Assembly (NCBI GenBank): GCA_002633005.1
Contig: NMRA01000157.1
Span: 122,331 to 186,330, forward strand
From: Phoronis australis
Lineage: Eukaryota; Animalia; Phoronida
Direction of reading: 5' to 3'
DNA length: 64,000 nucleotides
Position numbers and translations under genes: made by a program. Below, in pieces: positions 1-14,173 of this stretch (positions within the stretch are counted from its first letter, which is position 1; each line of letters opens with the position of its first letter). Under the pieces are notes generated by a model, which was given only the letters and a program-made list of their open reading frames with translations, was not told the DNA's origin and did no database searches.

Positions 1-334
1 AATGGTGGCCAACCACATTGGTGCTATGGTTGACCAAGTCAATAGTTGCTATTCCAGCACTAGTGCTGACAAAGTCGGTTATTGACCCAAACCTAACGTC
101 CCAAAATATTTGGTAACGGGCTACGCTATCCTTAACACCAATTTTGTCCCTTCATCAGTACCCTTTAGACATTAACTTTTGGTACAGCCCATCTGACACA
201 GCGCAAGATGATCGGTGTCAAGTGGCTGTTTACACATACAAAATTCAGAAACGGTGGCAAGACGGAAGTTGCAGGCAGGAGTGTGGAGAGCTTAAGCGCA
301 AAGTTGCAAACTGCACGACTCAGTTCATTTATTA

Positions 335-387
335 TTGTTGTTCTTGTTGTTGCTCTTGTTGTTTCTGTTGTTGTTGTTGTTGTTGTT
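335..387. repeat. (GTT)n microsatellite
   Basis: Degenerate GTT run, pure at 367-387. It explains the poly-Cys, poly-Val and poly-Thr ORFs at 144-486. Confidence 0.9.
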
Positions 388-3300
388 CTCATGCGAATTC
401 TAGCTCCAAAAATGTACAGCACTCCCTCATTTTTGAGTAACAAACAGCCAGAGCGTTCACAGCGCCTTGCCCTATCCATGTGCTAAAAGTGTGCTCACCT
501 ACAATATGCAAAGATCCTGTGCAAATGAAGTTCCCTGAAGTACCGGGTATTTACCCAAACTGATCGATTTCCGACTGCCCAGTTTAAGCCCCCTTGTACC
601 CAGGTGAGTGCAAAAACTATAGCAATGTTCTTGGTCGTTATTGGTACTGCTATTTTTCAGTTTTCAAATATGACACAGGAGGTGCGGTATCAACTTCAGT
701 CTCATCAAAGTTATCACCAGGGGTCACTGCTATCGTCAATAAATAAAGAACAGTGTCGTCTATAATTAATGAACAGTGTCGTCACTAATAGTTGCTTTAT
801 ATTTTACTCGAATAATCACCAATCGAATTAGCAATAAGTTTTATGTCAATTAGCAGACGTAAATTTTCCCAAGTTGTCCTAAAACCTTAGGATGCATCAG
901 CGCTACCGTGCGATTACTTTGATGACGACAGTGTCACCTACCATTTACTTCGATGCTATTCGCTACCAAAGCTGGTATGATATGAACCATTCAATTAACT
1001 TCGCAGTTTACATGGACACTCTGCCATACTGGAGTTAAGTTAGTATGAAAGGGCCTTATGCCTAAGTGCTCAGACAAGGTTCTTAACACTGGCAAATTTT
1101 GTTACCTTCCACTTGACAATGGCAGCACCACAGTCTACAGTAATCTTATCTCTCATTACATCCCACCAGAATAGATAACGATCATATACCAGTCAATGGA
1201 GGACCCTCTGGCCTAAGCAGGCCTTCTCCAACTCTTTCAATCACACTCTGAATAGTCATGAAGAGTCCTCGACCAGTCAGAGCTTAGCGCTTTTACATGT
1301 CCAGCATACAGTTAATCTTGTAGTATTGAACTATTATTCTTTCAAAAGATTTAGTATTATGATAATTGTCCACTTATTTCATACAAAACAACTCAAATAT
1401 TTAAATCAAATGTATTATCCAAATCAACGGATTACGCAGACTTTGCAGATGACAGTTGTGTGAAATTAACTGAGTAACCAAGCAACGTCAATTGTCCGTT
1501 TGCAAAATTAATGAAATGCGACCTACGGGGTGGCCAACTTGATCCAATTCACAACAATTAAGTTACTTTATCTTGTTCTAACATACTTTTTCCAACCATA
1601 GAACATGACCACTCAGTCAGGTGACACTCATTTAGGTCAACACTTTCGCAGCATGAGATATCTGGTGTAAACAGATGAATGGTGTATATACAGTATTCAT
1701 AACTTAGTAACACAGTCAGAGGTTTGGATTATTGTCCTTAAATATTAGGGCTTTGCATTGATGTGCAAAACTGATTGTAGGCTAACTAGGTGAGGCAAGA
1801 AATTACCACAAAGAAGCCACATGCAAAATAAGTGAGACAAAATATTACTTTTACAAATAATTTTGAGTGTGAAATGAAGTGAATTTGTGAAATACGAGAA
1901 TAATTACCGTAGTACCTATCCTAGTAGTGGAAAATCTTCAGTTTCGCACAATAACAGTCAAATTTGTTGTTTTTCTCATGCTGAGTACCTTACTACCAAT
2001 AATGGAAATTTTGCCTAACATGATTGTACAACATCTACTCAGTATAACTCAAGCTAATACAAGATAAACATTTTCTTAATCTGTTTTTCTGTGAAAAAAA
2101 TGACATAAAAATTCCTTGTCAATCATATAGTGTGCTTTAGGTAAAGAATTACCTGAATACTTTTGATTTTATTGAGAAACTTTTTTCAGAAATCGGGAGT
2201 TCATTTTATGCTCTACAGACCTGGCCTAAATCTGAGACGGCCGTTTTTCAGAGACCTGCCGTTTATTACTTACCCCAATACTATGACACTACAAAGAGGC
2301 ACGATGTTTATTGATTTCAGCGAATCTTTGGAAAACTGGATTCTATAAGTAGTTTCAATCTCGTCGAGGTAAACTTGAACACTTGAACTGGTAACTCCAC
2401 ATTGATTTTTTGTATCCATTCCATATAGGTCACTTAATTATTATACATTTTCAACATTTTACATTAGTTGTTAATGAGACCATGAAAGAACAGACGCCCA
2501 GACTTGACTTTCAAACTATGATATTCATTTATTACACAATGAATGAACTTTGGTGCCTGGTGCCTACTATTTGAATCTTTCGTTCAACTGTTTGGCCCCA
2601 AAGTTCCTATTCCTGGTTGCATGAAACAGTCAAAACTAGGGATTCAACTAAGTTCCCTAAATCTACTGTGTATTTGTATCTTTTTTGCTCACAGATGAAA
2701 TCTATTTCTACCATTTCATCTTCATTATGAGCTCCTCTTTGATTACTGACATTTGCTAATAATACAACTAAAACCAGAGTCCCGAGTTCAGTGAAAATAA
2801 ATTGGGACTTAGTTCTTAAATAAGGGGCGTTGCATTATTTATTTTTGATGACATCGAGAATTCAGAGTTCACTCTCGATTCATACCCAAAGTAACATCAG
2901 ATACGAACGATAGACGGCCTGCGCACAAAGTGGAGGCAGCCGTTACAATGCTGTACTTAGCACCATTTTCGTACATCTCATGAATATTAATGATATCTTT
3001 TTATAAACATCACATTTACAACGTGCCCTATGGCAAATGCAAACAGGAAAGTACAACCACATATGAATTACTGATGTGAAAGGACAGATCATTCAGTGCA
3101 TATAAATTATAGTAATCAATACTTACTAAGTACAGTAAAATCTCACCAGTTTTGAACAAAAATAATACCCAGAATTCCCTTTTGCAGTTATAAAGATCTT
3201 CTAACATTCTTGTGAATGCTCACAATTTTGGAAAAATTTTGTCTGATCTTAGCTAAGGTAATAGAACTTGAACACAGAATTTGTTTCTACGTTAATTTTA

Positions 3301-6300
3301 CAAAACACCGAGAATATAAATTTCATTTGTCCCCCATATCCTGTCCTAAATAGGTAAAAAATTACCAAAAAAGCTTAGTTTTGCTTTCTGTAGAAACGCC
3401 TCAACCACTCATCCCATTATTCTAGTTTTTGTGCTTTTGATAATGCTGCCATGGTAACTATTCCCCCATTCAGCACATAAAATGGCAGACGAGGGACTTT
3501 TTCTGCAAAATTTGTGATTGTCCTCAATCCGAAAATTGTCAAGAGATAAAAATCGTAATTCTGTGTATTGGCAATAGTCACGTACACAGGTCCCACATTT
3601 CAAGGAAAAGTTTTCTCCACTGAATAACGGCCACCAAACTCAGGTTCTCAAAATCCGGGACCCACTGTAAGTGACTATTTCCCAAAATTCAATAGAATCA
3701 GGAAAGTACCACTCGACTTAGCTTGACATTTCCAGCCCTGCCCTGAAGTATGACTGCAGTAAAACCCACTGGTGTATACCACTTGGGATACAGTTCAGCA
3801 AATGTCAACAAGTCCATAAATCACCATAATAACTAAACCTACCCAAACATGGTAGTAGCTGAAGCACTGGCTACAGCAAATACTTCGCAATAGTGCAATA
3901 GTGCAGCGATAGCGAACTGAAAACGGCTACGAATGTTGCCAAGAATTCACTGTTTAAATTACATAGATACTTCATTTTCCAATGATGAAACAAAATATTC
4001 ATACAGCAATCGTGTTTAGTCCTGGCAAGGACACCTTTAAAAGCCTCCACGCTGCTCATTTGGAGTCACTTTTGAAGAAAAAGGGCGGCTGGTCATGCTA
4101 CAATAGACTTGAAGATTTGTGCAAATTTCCAACATTTAGCACTCACTAGTGGAATTTATGTACAAATCACAATGACAGGTATCAAAAATAAAACGAGGTA
4201 GTGTTCCCTACAACAGAAAATTCAAACTCGCCTGGAATGACAAAATTTGTGTGTGTTCGAAAGTTCACGTCCATATTGTGGGGATTTTGTATGTTAAGTC
4301 TTGGAATAAATGCAGTGAACAGGTATTAAAAGTCCGAAATCTCCGAATTTGCTCAAGATATGGCTAACTTACCAATTCTTCAAACTCACAGCATACGTTT
4401 TCAAACTTTTCGCAAGTAAGCCAAACTCGTCATGGCAAAATTCAAACTCGATGCAGTGACGAGTCAAGACCACTGTAAGGCTACTAGGAAAAATTAAGAT
4501 TTAGAAAGTCTCTCATTTTGCAAAATGTTTTCTACATTTTTAAATGGCCTAATTACCCTAACTGAAATTCACAATAATGCCTGATATCACAAAATGTCCT
4601 GTGTTACTTTTGTAGTGGGAATAATATTTAATAAGATTAGGCAGTGAACATTCAAAAGTTTAGAAAACCAATCAGCTGATCAACACTGCATGTCCACTGT
4701 TGTACTTCACAGATCCAAACTGAAGCTCAATTTATTTTACTGAATTATCATCAAAACATCTTATCCCTTTGATAGCAATTGACACCAAGATCTGAAGACA
4801 TCAGATGAAAAGGGAAGACAAACACCAAAATCTGGAATTAGTTGGTAACCAAGCTGCAACTTAACTTTGACCAGTAAGAACCCAGTTGGCAATTTACAAG
4901 ATCCACCACCATCTAGCCTTGATGGGGCAATTCCACACATAGCTAATAAAAATACAAGATCAGAGAGGGCCAGATGGATAGCGCCTAACCTCACACAGCA
5001 CCACTAAACTGCACTAGTGCCTGAGAAAATGTCTTTGATATGTGTTCAGTAGACATGGCTCTAAACCCTGAGTTATGAGACTGATGCTCAAAACGCCATT
5101 CAATCATACCTCCTTGAAAGCTGAACCAGTAACCACGCATCAGGAGCACCTCGATGGAAGATATCTGACAACTTCAATCAGCGTAGATGATTAAATGTAG
5201 CCATGTGGTGGCGTGGGAGAGTTCTGGTCCAACTTTCCACGATATGCCATACAAAAGGACACCTTAATTGATCTCTTGTCAAAAACAAAACTTTTGACAA
5301 GATAATCTCCAGCATCCATTCCGATCACTTAGAACAACAGACAGTGCAAAACTCCCTTTTTACGGCTTCCACCAAATAATCAAACAAGGATGGAGGAAAA
5401 AATGCAATTCAACAGATGGTGAGAGTAAACAATCACCTGGCTCAGCAATTAAATAGGCTACTATTAGATATTCAAAACCTATCCTTACCTGACTAGTAAA
5501 ACTTTGAAGAAATTTTGTTTAATGTTAGAGTGAACCCGTGCAGTTTACTCTGCTATACATCACGTTAACAACACCGAGCTTGTCCAAATGCCAAAAGACC
5601 CCTACGGACTAGCTCAATTATACAGCACGAGCGATAACTATTGATTGCTGATGCCCAGCAGCAGAAATGGCTGGCAAGACTTCCGCAAATGCATTTGCAG
5701 TTGAGCATACACTTCATGGGAGCTTAAGAGGAGTCCAGGAACAAATTAAGCAGCACTCTAATCACGGATAACCCAACCGTGTGCACACAGGTTGAAGTCT
5801 AGCAAATCTGGCCTAAGTGTAAACAGCTACGGACTCACTGGATGATCCACTTGAAAGCCTTGTGGAGGTGAAAATAAATCGACCATAGACATTGATGTGT
5901 GCATTTAAGCCTCTATGATATTTATATTCTGCATTCTTATGTATTTCAAGAACATCATTGCAGGCTTCCAAACGGCTCTAAGGAATAACAAGTCTTATCA
6001 TAGCACGCACTTAAAAGTGAAATTACAGGGTTCAGCGTTTTGATGCGTTGGTGAAGTTGCGAAAAATTGCCTGAAGATAATAAGGGCTGACTGGCTGACA
6101 TTTTTGAACAGCAAACCTTGCAAAGCAACAATAGTACCCCTCATGTCATCAGAACTTCTGAGGGTCATTACACCGACAGCACCACCTGCTGAGTTACTCA
6201 ATCTCTTAAGATCACTGACCACATTCAATAAAGTGCACGAAATGAGATGACTGGCGGCAGTGCTTTTACAGAATAGTCGCTTTCAAGATACTGGTAACGA

Positions 6301-6577
6301 GATCTCCCCCCTCTCCCTCATTTTTCTTTGGGGAGCCATTTTGTTTTGCCACCCTAGCTTCGATAAGCTCAGCCATACATCATATCAAGACACTACAAGG
6401 CTGCACAAATTGCAGGATTTTGAATCAAAAAACTAAGTGGATCATGAAACTTACATGAAATATATCCAATTGCCATCTTGATCTTGCGAACTATTGCTTT
6501 CCAAATCATTAAGACATCATTCCTGGAGTCTAGACTCGTGGGCATTTTTGTTTTTGCATGGAGTCCTCGTGGACTTG

Positions 6578-6950
6578 TTTGGACACACACATTGTAATGA
6601 TTACTAGCAAGCCTAGGAAGACTCACAGTGGTGGCTCTTTTTTCAAAGCAGGAAGAAATATACAATGTATATACAAAGTATATACAATGTTGTTATGCTC
6701 ACACTTGGTTGATACCATTGTAAAAGTCTTGGTCTACACTGTTTTTTTTTAGTAAAAATGCTCACTACAGAAGGCGGTTTTGTAAACTTAGATGTAAAAA
6801 CCTTGGTCTATGCATTTTTTTGTAAAAAAAATCTGTGTGCTTGGGTGGATTGCTGGGGGTGGAGGGTTACGTGTCGGAATCATGGACGCCCTGGAATATT
6901 GGGAACCCCATTTTGGACACCCTATTTTCGAAATCCTGGATAAAGGCTTG
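6578..6950 (+). mobile_element. hAT-like MITE family A, 5'-truncated copy
   Basis: Matches the 3' part of the copies at 9442-9881 and 17768-18233 and ends in ...GGATAAAGGCTTG. Confidence 0.75.
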
Positions 6951-8253
6951 GATGTCAGGTAGTAAAGTTCTCATGAAAGCCAGCTTTAGTGATTGTATGG
7001 AATAGCGAAGTTTCAAGGAATACCACAAATGGGAATAAGTGCGTAATATATGCACCATGGCTTGAAATGACCAAAGAAAAAAAAAGAGGAAAAATTTACA
7101 GTTGATACATCATATAATAAATAAACTTGTATGATAGAAATATTTTTGTGATGTAAAATTTTACTGAAATAAACATTTGTGCATGAATAAAATCAAAATA
7201 GTGATAAAAGGTGACGGAAAAAGAGGAAACTGGAACTCAAAACCAAAAAAGAGGAAATCCATTTAAAAGAGGAAAATTCCAAGCCCTAGTGCACTCAGTG
7301 AGGAAGAATTCTCGATTGTCTATGCATACGCCTGTTGTTTGCTTGTTCTATGCAGACGCTAATGGGGACTACGTTTCAACAGTGAGAACATACCTATGTG
7401 TCTAACTAAATGTGATCAGCTTATGTGAAGAACAAATAACAAATAACAAATAACATTTTCTGCTCACTTGCCTAAACAGGAGTGAGATCTTGACACTCAG
7501 GTGTCATCTTGAATAGTCTTCCCTACTATTGCCAACACCTGTAACTGTGCCTGGGGCTGTTTTCACAGAAATCTGGGTAACGGGGAACAGATGGGCACTT
7601 ATAGGGCAATTACAATGGATAACTCTACAAAAACTGAAAAACTGTGCTTCAGCACAATGACAACAACCTACCACGAGGTGACCCCAATTGTCCTGTTATG
7701 ATGACTTTAAACCATAAAAATTGTTTTCTTATCAAATTTCACTCCATATCTTGTCTTGAAGTATTGGCACCAGCAGGGTTCTGTTTTATTAGGGTACTGC
7801 ACACTCTTTTGATTTCAGCTGATGACGCAAGTCTCCTCCTCTGTTTGATGCCCTCTTAGAACTTGTTCACTCGGCCAATGCTTTCACTTTGCATTGTGCA
7901 AACCTGCTCTAACTTACCCTTTATTCTAGCCATAGTGGAAAAATAATACAAATGCAGGAAATGAGTTAATATCCAAAATATTCTCGAGGTGGTTCCCAAA
8001 CTCCTTAATGGAACTGGGGCGCTCTACACATCACCACAACCACACGGTTTTTGGTCCTCTGCTCGTGGACTCAAATATATTTCCGCCTCTTAATTTTCAG
8101 AAGTGAAAAACCCTGTAACAAGTAGGTCAAGCTTTCTGAGAAAAATGGGTGCCTCTTAGAGGGCTAGTTATGGAAATTCTTTGGAAAAGTTTCATTGAAT
8201 GCTCAGATTTGAAAGTGAAAAAGTTTCTTCCAAAATTTGCATTCAATAGTATT

Positions 8254-8705
8254 CAAGGTACCTAAATTACACAGTTAATAGACTCATAAACACGGTCACA
8301 GACGCATGAACACGACTCACGTACCAGTGAAAACACCATTCACTGACTCACAAACACGGGAACAGACTCACAAAACATCATCCATTCACCCAAATACATG
8401 GGACACGGACTAACATTCACAAAGAAAGACGGTTAACGGACTGCTAAACACTGTTTACGGACAAAATGTAGATGTCAGCTGACCCAGGTAGCCGATGAGT
8501 CCCTGACCTGTGTTTGGCGGTACATTAACCGCGTTTCTTTGTGAATGTGAATCCGTGTCCCATGTTTTGGGGTGAATGGATCGTGTTTTGTGAGTCTGTT
8601 CCCGTGTTTGTGAGTCAGTGAACGGTGTTTGCAGGTACGTGAGTCGTGTTCATGCGTCCGTGACCGTGTTTATGAGTCCGTTAACCGTGTAGTTTAGGTA
8701 CCTTG
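8254..8705. mobile_element. Palindromic (fold-back) MITE
   Basis: About 200-bp imperfect inverted arms, CAAGGTACCTAAATTACAC... / ...GTGTAGTTTAGGTACCTTG, around a short spacer. Confidence 0.8.
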
Positions 8706-9441
8706 GTATCTGGGTCTTGCATCTTGCTTTTATAACAAAATAGGCATAGTTCTAGCCAGGTCCCACTGGTTGGAATTCGTGGAATAATGGACTCGGGGGC
8801 AAAATTCACTTACTACCAGGCAGACGTCATCAGAACATTATTAATCAAAGGAAACCTCAACGGAGCACATGAGATCAGAAAATAGCAAGAATTTTCATTA
8901 TTTAGAGATTAGCACCGGTGGCAATGTTTTTCAGTGAAGATGAGACAAAGAGCTCTTCTTTCTCTTACCGACGGGCAATACATAATCCAAAAACAAAGCA
9001 AATTTCAGCAACATTTCATGGCAAAAGGAACGCAACATGAATATTTTTCATTCTTCCACGGCAGCTTGCCGCAACACGGTTGGACACGACTGCAATTCAA
9101 CGGTACAAACAGTACAAACCAAAAGAAAATACGATGAATGTTTTTAGTCATCCAGTTGGGTCAGTATAAGAAACAATAAATAAATCTACTACTGGACTTA
9201 CGGTATGTAGAGATGGCTACATTGCGTCCTCCTCTCGAGGACTTCATCAGGCCAAAAGAAAACGAGTGAAATACTGTTTGCACGTCATGACGGTAATTTC
9301 GGCCAGGATGGCCGGGCACGGAGTGTGGCAGAAACATTTGTACTCTGGCTGCGCTCAGCCAGGCCACCTGGGTAGCCACAGGGTTAGCTACTGCGATGCT
9401 GGAAACCAGTTCTCCAGTCGCACGCAGAGCCACCTTTGAAC

Positions 9442-9881
9442 CAGGCCTTTATACAAGGTACATCCTGGGCATCCAAATGGACGCCCTAGCACTAATCTGG
9501 ACGCCCTGGCAAGGACGCCCAACGTATCATTTGGACGCCCACTGTCAATAGGAACCTTTCAAGTTTGGACTCACACATTGTAATGAATACTAGGAAGCCT
9601 ATAAAGGCTCACAGTGGGGGCTCTTTTTTCAAAGCTCACACTTGGTTGATAACATTGTAAAAGTCTTGGTCTACATTTTTTTATGTTAAAATGCTCCCTA
9701 CAGAAGGCTGTTTTGTACACTTAGATGTAAAAACCTTGCTCTAATATTTTTTTGTAAAAAATCTGTATGTTTGGGGAGATTGCTGGGGGTGGGGGGGTTA
9801 CGCGTCGGAATCACGGACGCCCTGGAATATTGGGAACCCCATTTTGGACACCCTATTTTCGAAATCCTGGATTAAGGCCTG
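9442..9881 (+). mobile_element. hAT-like MITE family A, full copy
   Basis: TIRs CAGGCCTT / AAGGCCTG. Flanks CTTTGAAC and CTTTGAAT match at 7 of 8 positions, consistent with an 8-bp TSD. Confidence 0.85.
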
Positions 9882-11242
9882 CTTTGAATACCGTAGTTCT
9901 TTTGATTCACACATGATAAGACTGTGGACTTAATGATGTTCATAAACTTTGTCAACAAGAAGATTCACTGGAATGCTAAGTTGACTTATTACACTTTGAA
10001 GTTAGTGAATTTGGCCAGATTTTAATAGCGTTGCCTTATACTTAAGTAAGTCCACAGCTATGGATAAAGGGTGGGATTCATTTACACTGTGATTGTATTG
10101 CCAAGGTAAACAAAAGCTAAGGATGCAAACATGAAATGTCATACAAATTACATTTGTGTAGTCGTCTCCCAACTCATTAATTATGAAGAATGTCAAAGAC
10201 GCCAGAAGCTCTCTTGAGAAACAGCGTAATAATGACAATTATAAATAGATGTTTGTCTATGTCACAGCTGATGCTGTCGTGATCCGACATGAATATTCAC
10301 ACAGTTAAACATGAGAGTACGACTTCCAAGGGCTTTAAAGAAAGGCTAATAATGGTTTAGTTCGTTACAAGCTGACATACACACTGATGTACCTGATAAA
10401 CCCAGTCCACAGTGTATGTAAAACAAAGCTGCCACGGGACGACGGAACGTCACTTCTGCATTGACGCATGCATAATTAATTAGAACCCAGGAGACAATCA
10501 GAAAATCATAATTTAACCAAAAATGACATTAAAACCAGTTGCCTTCTCCTTTAAATATCAGTGTCTAATAGAATACAGCGGAGTCAAGTTGCAAACCATT
10601 AACCATCGAACACTATGAAACACCACTCACTTTCAATAGTCAAGTTCAGATGTAAGTCACGTCACTTAGTGTACAGCTGGCTTTAGACCTTAAAGTGGAA
10701 CTTTGTAGGCTAATTCCTTATCTTTGTGATCGCTTGGCCAAATTCGTTGGAAACACAACTTATAGCATGATGTGAACATGCAGTAGGTTGAAAATTACCA
10801 AAATGTACTTAAGAACGAGTTTTGTGGCGAAAATGATCTGCCGCAAAACACCGAACCATGTCCAGTAAGTATCGTGACGTGGTGCTACGGAATAACATTG
10901 CATGACTTGGGCTACGTGAGCCCGCGAGGTATGTCATCAGTGCAAAGGTCACCTATTTGCAGAACTTTTTGTTTTCACATTTACAAGTTGTCAATGAATA
11001 CGACTGCGCTTTGTTTAGCATAGATTATGTTAAAATAGCATTATCGTTTAGTTCCTGCAATATATTAGTATAGTTGCAAGCATGCCAATACATCTTTCAA
11101 TAAAACATTGCTTTCAAAACTGTATTTTTGTGAAGATTTACAGCCATGCTGAGCTGATGCTATTGTCAGAATTCTTTGTGAAAGTAAAACCTAATTATAA
11201 TGGCTAATTATAATGATGAATGGTTATCATTTTTTTACATGG

Positions 11243-12480
11243 CAGGGATATACCCAGGTTTCAAAACCCTGCTCGCCAGCTGGGCGAGTGAGCCAGAAAA
11301 TCCACTCGCCCAGCCCAAAGTTCAGTCGCCCGGCCGTTTGCGTCTGTCACCACAAACTTGCTACCAGTGTGAATAAAAATCATTGTTTCATGCGTGTTCG
11401 CCCTAATAAGCGCCCAGGTTGCTTAGAAAAAATCCTTTCGGAAGTGGGGGGTGGGCGCTTGTTGCAGCCTAAGACGGTTGCAACCCGGGCCCGGTCTCCA
11501 ATCTCCGTGCTCAGACTCATACTCATACTCAAAATCGTGCTCACTGGAGTCGTACTCAAAAAAGCGTATCTAATGTCGTATTTCGAGTAGACTCCAAACG
11601 TACTCAAATCTGACACTCATACTCGAGTTGCTATGGAACTCTTTATGATGTGAAATGCAAAATCACGCAAAGCCGCGCTGATTCATCGCTCCCTATTGGA
11701 ATAGACCACAACTAGGCCTACATTATCGTCTGCTGTCGCTACAACTACAAGAGTATGTCTATAACGTGGAATTCTGAGTGTTCTGTAACTGTTATTCATT
11801 TTTTAGTTTCAATAAATATTCTTATGCCATTTCTTTGATACATTTGGCAATTATTAAGCTTTACTTCTTGAGTTCCTCACCCAGTCCCGAAAATGTCTTA
11901 AGAAATATGTAACAGCTTATCACATCACATCTCTGTTGCTAATTTAGTATTGACATAAAACCCATTGCTGTGTAGGCCTACGCTGATGTCAAACTTTGAC
12001 GGCGAATGCTATTATTTATAAAATAATTTTGGCTAAGATGACATCGTATGTTAAAATAAGAAATCAGTTCCAAGAAATATATTTCACTTGCTGTGAGCAC
12101 ACGGATCGGTCTTCCGCCTTTCCCCCCATTTTCTTCATTTCGGACTAGTCCACAAATTCCTTTGTGCACGACCACACACTGTGATCTTTTGTCTAGACAA
12201 ATCGTGTAATGGGTGACGTCTACTGAATCGGTAAGATCGCACTGCGCCGATGTTTTTTACTGCCGGAGCATCGACACACTGGCCAAACTGAACCTTAAAT
12301 TCATGATAAAAAACAGCACAAGGATGAGAAAATTTATTCATGTTCATCCGGGAAACGATATAGTGCTTTCGTGCTCTGAAAATTCGCTCGCCACCTGGGC
12401 GACCGACAAGTCAACTTCTACTGGCCCAGCACCATTTTTACTCGCATTGGCGACTGGGCGAGTGGCTAAGTATATCCCTG
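11243..12480. mobile_element. Non-autonomous hAT-like DNA transposon with 5-bp TSD
   Basis: TIRs CAGGGATATAC / GTATATCCCTG, subterminal CTCGCCCAG/CTGGGCGAG motifs, and CATGG on both flanks. Confidence 0.75.
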
Positions 12481-14173
12481 CATGGTCGTCGTTACTCTCA
12501 TTTATGGTTGCTTTTTGTGTAAAAAATACTGTAGATTGATATAAAGAGGATTGAGCTCATGTTGTATTCACTATACAAAGTCATGTAGAAAAATATTTTG
12601 GTCAAGTGTACATTAAATCATTCTCGTTATCCTACTAAGGTTAAAAAATGAAATCAATCACATCCATTTTGTCAAGGAGAGGTAAAACTGCATCATCGGG
12701 GCTTTCAATTTTTTAATAATGCTTATTCGTATTGAAACCAGTTCAGCAAAGCCTCCATGATACTCCCACTAACCAGTACAATGATTCTGAGCCTCGCAAA
12801 TATCACAGATCTGCTGCACACAATAATGAGACCAACTCACCAGTTCAAAGCTTGTTGTCATGGTGACGGAAGAAGAAGCACCTCTCACAGGTTACCAGGC
12901 AACATCACTGCACAATCAGCCTAATCTACAAGAAATCAGAAACTAAACAGTTAACGACAGAGGTTTGCAAGCTACCTGGCACAAATCACAGAGACTGAAT
13001 GACGTAAACAAGCATCCATGTTTTTCCAAATGTTACAAACGACCAAGCGTAAACAAGGCACAGCCAGCTCAAGCTTAACGATGAATTTCTAGTGACCCTC
13101 ATTAACACACTTGAATGACATCAGGACTGATGCTAGTCCCCGGACACTTAACATGACGGCAGGTCACATAACATGAAAATTAAGGACTCTCGCTAATTGC
13201 AAGAGTACAGGAAAATAAAAGGTACTGAGACAAGCATGATGCTCCGCAGGGCAACACAGCCGACAGTTTCTTGCCAAAATATGAAGCAGCTTGCCTTAAC
13301 GAATGCTCTAATCAAATTATGTCAAAATGTTCTCATTTTAGAGGTAGAACACGGCACCGATTCTGATTTGTATAAAAATTTCAAACGTGTAGCATGACAT
13401 TGGCAATGACTAGAACCATTAGACGTCAAAATTAAGGCATCAATCAACACCATGTCAGCCGATGGGGTGAGTACAAAATGATACCCAAGTATAATAAACA
13501 ATATCAAATGTATTCACCGCCGCCGTGTACTCTAATCCCAGGGTATATTTTAGAAAACCGAAGCTGAGGATCAATTAAGCCAGCGACCCTCAAATCTACG
13601 AGCCAATTTGGGGGATCTATGGGTCACGTCAGTATCTTCAGCTCTTTTCTGTTTGACTTTGGGGGCATTTTAACCTGTGTGACTTTCTCTGCTACTTCCA
13701 TAAAACAGCGAGTATATGCAATCGCAAAACAAAAACAGCTAATCGCAAACCAAACACATCAATCTGCTGTTAGGATTTGCGTGCAATGTACTTTCATGCA
13801 CAAATGCTTGACCCCAGCGCTAACATTGTTGTTTTGGTCACTGAAATTGTTTGGATCAGCTGCATTGTCCTTGTATTGGGTGTTAATCAAGACAAAGCAA
13901 GGCGTGACTGCAAACTCACGTTTTATGTGCGCTTTCACCCAAGCACAGAGTGCCAATGAAACTTTTATGCAACAATGATATGGCCATAATACTAAAATTA
14001 TCCTTGTAATCCAGAAACTTTTTGAAACATTTTGCGAATAAAATAATGCTTAAAGAACACAACATATGTTTATAGTCAATCAAATCTCTTGAAAAAAAGG
14101 AACGATGATCATCTAGATTTTTTGAAAAAATATTGAAAGCAAAAACGCGTTTCTTTTACTTCCAATGAAAAAA

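Noticed and set aside
144-486. Cys-rich, Val-rich and Thr-rich small ORFs
   Set aside because: Produced by the (GTT)n microsatellite.
4900-5650. Possible very old I-group LINE RT relic (SISVDD / VAMW resembling YADD..W)
   Set aside because: Too degenerate to support without a profile search.
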